Source of the DNA: Deinococcaceae bacterium | GTDB taxonomy: Bacteria > Deinococcota > Deinococci > Deinococcales > Trueperaceae | Assembly (NCBI GenBank): GCA_040256005.1 | Contig: JBDZWC010000001.1 | Location: forward strand, 60,305-86,559 | Reading direction: 5' to 3' | DNA length: 26,255 nucleotides | Shown: positions 23,952-26,255 of the stretch, piece after piece | How positions within the stretch are numbered: position 1 is the stretch's first letter | Layout of the letters: every line of letters starts with the position of its first letter | Notes under the pieces: model-generated | Told to the model about the DNA's origin: nothing | The model's input: only the letters and a program-made list of their open reading frames with translations | Database searches by the model: none | Translations under genes and position numbers: made by a program

Positions 23952-26255
23952 CTAGGGATCCACTCTCAGGGGACCGAAGGAGGGCAGGGGCAGACCGGAG
24001 TCGGACCCGCGGATCACGTCGTCCAGGTAACTGGAGGTCTCCGACGACTCGTGCGGCCTCTTGTAGCGCAGGTATATGGCGCCCGAACCCGCTGGCGGCT
24101 CGTACTCGATGATGACCCGCCTGGGGTCGGTGGGATGGCGGCGGACGTCGAGTATCTCCAGCTCGTTGCCCCCGTAACCCTCGTAGTTGGTGCCGGTTGG
24201 CGTTCCCCAGTAGACCGTGAAGTAGCCGGAGTAGCCTTCCGGTCCCGGGTCGCTGGTCTGGGCGACGTCTCGGTCCAGCGTCAGCGTGATCGTGCCGCCG
24301 GAGCGAGACAGCGCGGTGATGCGGGGCCCGGTGCCGTCTACGTCCCAGCCGAGCACATGCTCCTGGTAGGCGAGCGCGACCCTCTCCGCCAGGATCATCT
24401 GCCCCTGCGCGCTCAGGTGGATGCGGTCGAAGCGGGGCAGGTCGTGCGTGACGACCATATGGGCGAAAGCGACGCCGTTCGAGAGCCCCGTCGTCGGACT
24501 CAGCGCCGCCGTGCCACCGTAGCTGTCCCCCTCCAATCGCCTCTGCCTCTCGGCGATGTCATGAGACCTCAGGTCCTCGATCGTCCCATCGTCCGGCTCG
24601 TTCCGGCAGCAGCCGTAGGCGGCCAGTTGGGCGTAGATGATGACGGGGTCGACGGCAGCGGTCGCCGAGCTCAGGTGGTCGCGGAACGCCTCGAACACCT
24701 CTTCGGTGCGATCCGAGTAGAGGCCACGCAGGTCAGACGACGTGTTGTCGGACTCTCCCTGGTACCAGAAGACGGCGCTGACGGGCCCGCCTTCCGGGTC
24801 CTGGCCCGCGGCGGGGTTAGGCTCCTCGCCCGCCGACACGAGGGCCCGGTAGACGGCACTGCCGAACAAGGTGTCCCTATCCGTGCCGGCCAGGGAGCCC
24901 GGATACACCGAGTCCAGGTTCCAACCGATGTAGTCCGGGTAGACGCAGTTGTCCTCTCGTTTGTGTGGGCTGACCCGGGTTCCTCCCAGCGCCGCGGGGA
25001 TCAGGTAGACGTCGCGTCCGGTGCCCTCGACGCCCGCACTGCCGTTGCGCAGCGTGCGGCCCAAGCTGGTCCCGGCGGAGGTGCCTGCACCTTGGTCGGC
25101 GCTCACGCAGTCGACCTGACCTGTCGCCACGTCGAGCGGCTCGGTCGCAGGCTTCCAGACGTAGTCGTTGCCCAGCATGAAGACCCCCGGCGTACCTGAC
25201 CGCAACGCCAACGGCACGAACGGGTCCCATCCGACGGCGTTCGACTGGCCGGCGACGAGTATCGCGATGTTGCCGACCAACACGTCCGCGGACGCCTCAC
25301 CGGCGCTCACGCGCAGCATGCCGATCGCGTCGTTAGGGTTCCCGACTATGCGCCAGACGCCCGTCTGGCCGTCGACGCCCCACTGGAAGTCCGTGGACAG
25401 GGGGGAGCCGTTGAGGTTGGTGCCTTCGAACGCGATGTCCTCCAGTTCCAGGTTGCCGGAGTTGCCGACGAGGACGACCTTGTCGTTCACGAGGTCGGTG
25501 TAGGTGAGGATCCCAGGCTTCAACACGGGCGAGGCCGCCAGAGACGGATCCGACGCTTTCATGAAGAGTCGCTCAACGTCCGACTGGTCGTAGACGCAGT
25601 CGCCGGTCAGATCAAGGTGGAACAGCTCGAAGGGGTCCTCCACGTCCACATCGGACGTGGAGATGCGGGCGTGAGCCAGGACCACGTCCCTGATATCGGC
25701 GTCTCCGGAGCGATCCAGGTCGCCCATCGGGTAATCGGCGATCCCGGCGTCGTAGGTGGCCGCGAGACAGGCCGACCGCGCTTGGTCGCCCGCGTCGAAG
25801 GAAGACAGGTCGTTCGTCGAGGTGACCAGGTCGGTGGCGTCGTCGTCCGCGAGCGGGCCCAAGGCCACCGACCCGTTGGCCGCCGAGCCGTCGATCCGGT
25901 ATGCCGCCGCCTGCGCCAGCGGTGGGCCCGTCGCCCCTTCCGCCACGATCCAGTGGAGCTTCAGGACCGAGCCGCTCAGAGCCGCTTCGGAGAAAACATG
26001 CACGGTCACGGACTTCCCGTCCGGAGCGACGCGCGCTGCCGTGGTCACGCCTGCCGCGATCTCGCTGAGGCCCCTGAAGGCCACCTTCGTGGGGTCGAAA
26101 GCGAAGGACACGGCGAGCGCCACCACATCGTCGTCGACGATGAGAGCCTGCCAGAGGTTGTCCCCGTCAGGCGGTGGTGGCGGAGGTGGCGGCGGTGGTG
26201 GAGGCGGCACGAGCTCAGCGCACCCCATGAGGAGAAGTAGACACGCCAACGCCGC
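23952..26255 (-). CDS. Lipoprotein with poly-Pro linker, cohesin-like and dockerin-like modules and an SGNH esterase (SASA/DUF303, CE6-like) domain; 5' end outside the window
   Basis: LLLLMG|C lipobox-like motif, 13 Pro, SFAFDPTKVAF cohesin-like strand, GDLDRSGDADIRD and DLTGDCVYDQSD paired Ca-binding loops, AGQSN, WYQGESD and DRIHL. The frame is open to the window edge. Confidence 0.75.
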   Translation of the reverse strand, partial: AALACLLLLMGCAELVPPPPPPPPPPPPPDGDNLWQALIVDDDVVALAVSFAFDPTKVAFRGLSEIAAGVTTAARVAPDGKSVTVHVFSEAALSGSVLKLHWIVAEGATGPPLAQAAAYRIDGSAANGSVALGPLADDDATDLVTSTNDLSSFDAGDQARSACLAATYDAGIADYPMGDLDRSGDADIRDVVLAHARISTSDVDVEDPFELFHLDLTGDCVYDQSDVERLFMKASDPSLAASPVLKPGILTYTDLVNDKVVLVGNSGNLELEDIAFEGTNLNGSPLSTDFQWGVDGQTGVWRIVGNPNDAIGMLRVSAGEASADVLVGNIAILVAGQSNAVGWDPFVPLALRSGTPGVFMLGNDYVWKPATEPLDVATGQVDCVSADQGAGTSAGTSLGRTLRNGSAGVEGTGRDVYLIPAALGGTRVSPHKREDNCVYPDYIGWNLDSVYPGSLAGTDRDTLFGSAVYRALVSAGEEPNPAAGQDPEGGPVSAVFWYQGESDNTSSDLRGLYSDRTEEVFEAFRDHLSSATAAVDPVIIYAQLAAYGCCRNEPDDGTIEDLRSHDIAERQRRLEGDSYGGTAALSPTTGLSNGVAFAHMVVTHDLPRFDRIHLSAQGQMILAERVALAYQEHVLGWDVDGTGPRITALSRSGGTITLTLDRDVAQTSDPGPEGYSGYFTVYWGTPTGTNYEGYGGNELEILDVRRHPTDPRRVIIEYEPPAGSGAIYLRYKRPHESSETSSYLDDVIRGSDSGLPLPSFGPLRVDP

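Noticed and set aside
26169..26207. (GGN)13 trinucleotide-like repeat
   Set aside because: It simply encodes the poly-proline linker with mixed codons.

Overview
GC-rich bacterial window, probably Deinococcota/Trueperaceae. This is an inference from the lexA-imuY-imuB-C-dnaE2 cassette type and from many apparently leaderless genes. Left to right it holds: a PaiB-family gene; a minus-strand mutagenesis cassette (lexA, a 39-aa coupled ORF, inactive Y-family imuY, ImuB-C/DUF6504-like protein, an inserted AAA+DUF4143 ATPase, dnaE2) driven by a near-consensus sigma70 promoter with a 23-bp palindromic operator; a SnoaL-like protein; a small HTH protein; and an S66 peptidase. Next is a candidate peptide-signalling module: a stand-alone EAL gene, an unannotated 48-aa secreted peptide gene, two mirror-image promoters with SARP-type 11-bp-period heptamer repeats, a 63-aa ORF and an 816-aa TPR-like/wHTH-BTAD regulator. 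The right part carries pepF, a DUF4242 protein, a STAND-LuxR regulator, a glycine-betaine ABC transporter, a class III aminotransferase and a 5'-truncated cohesin/dockerin/SGNH-esterase lipoprotein. The most interesting signal is the putative peptide-pheromone/regulator/c-di-GMP module at about 10.1-14.1 kb. All family calls are from motif recognition by eye; no database searches were run.
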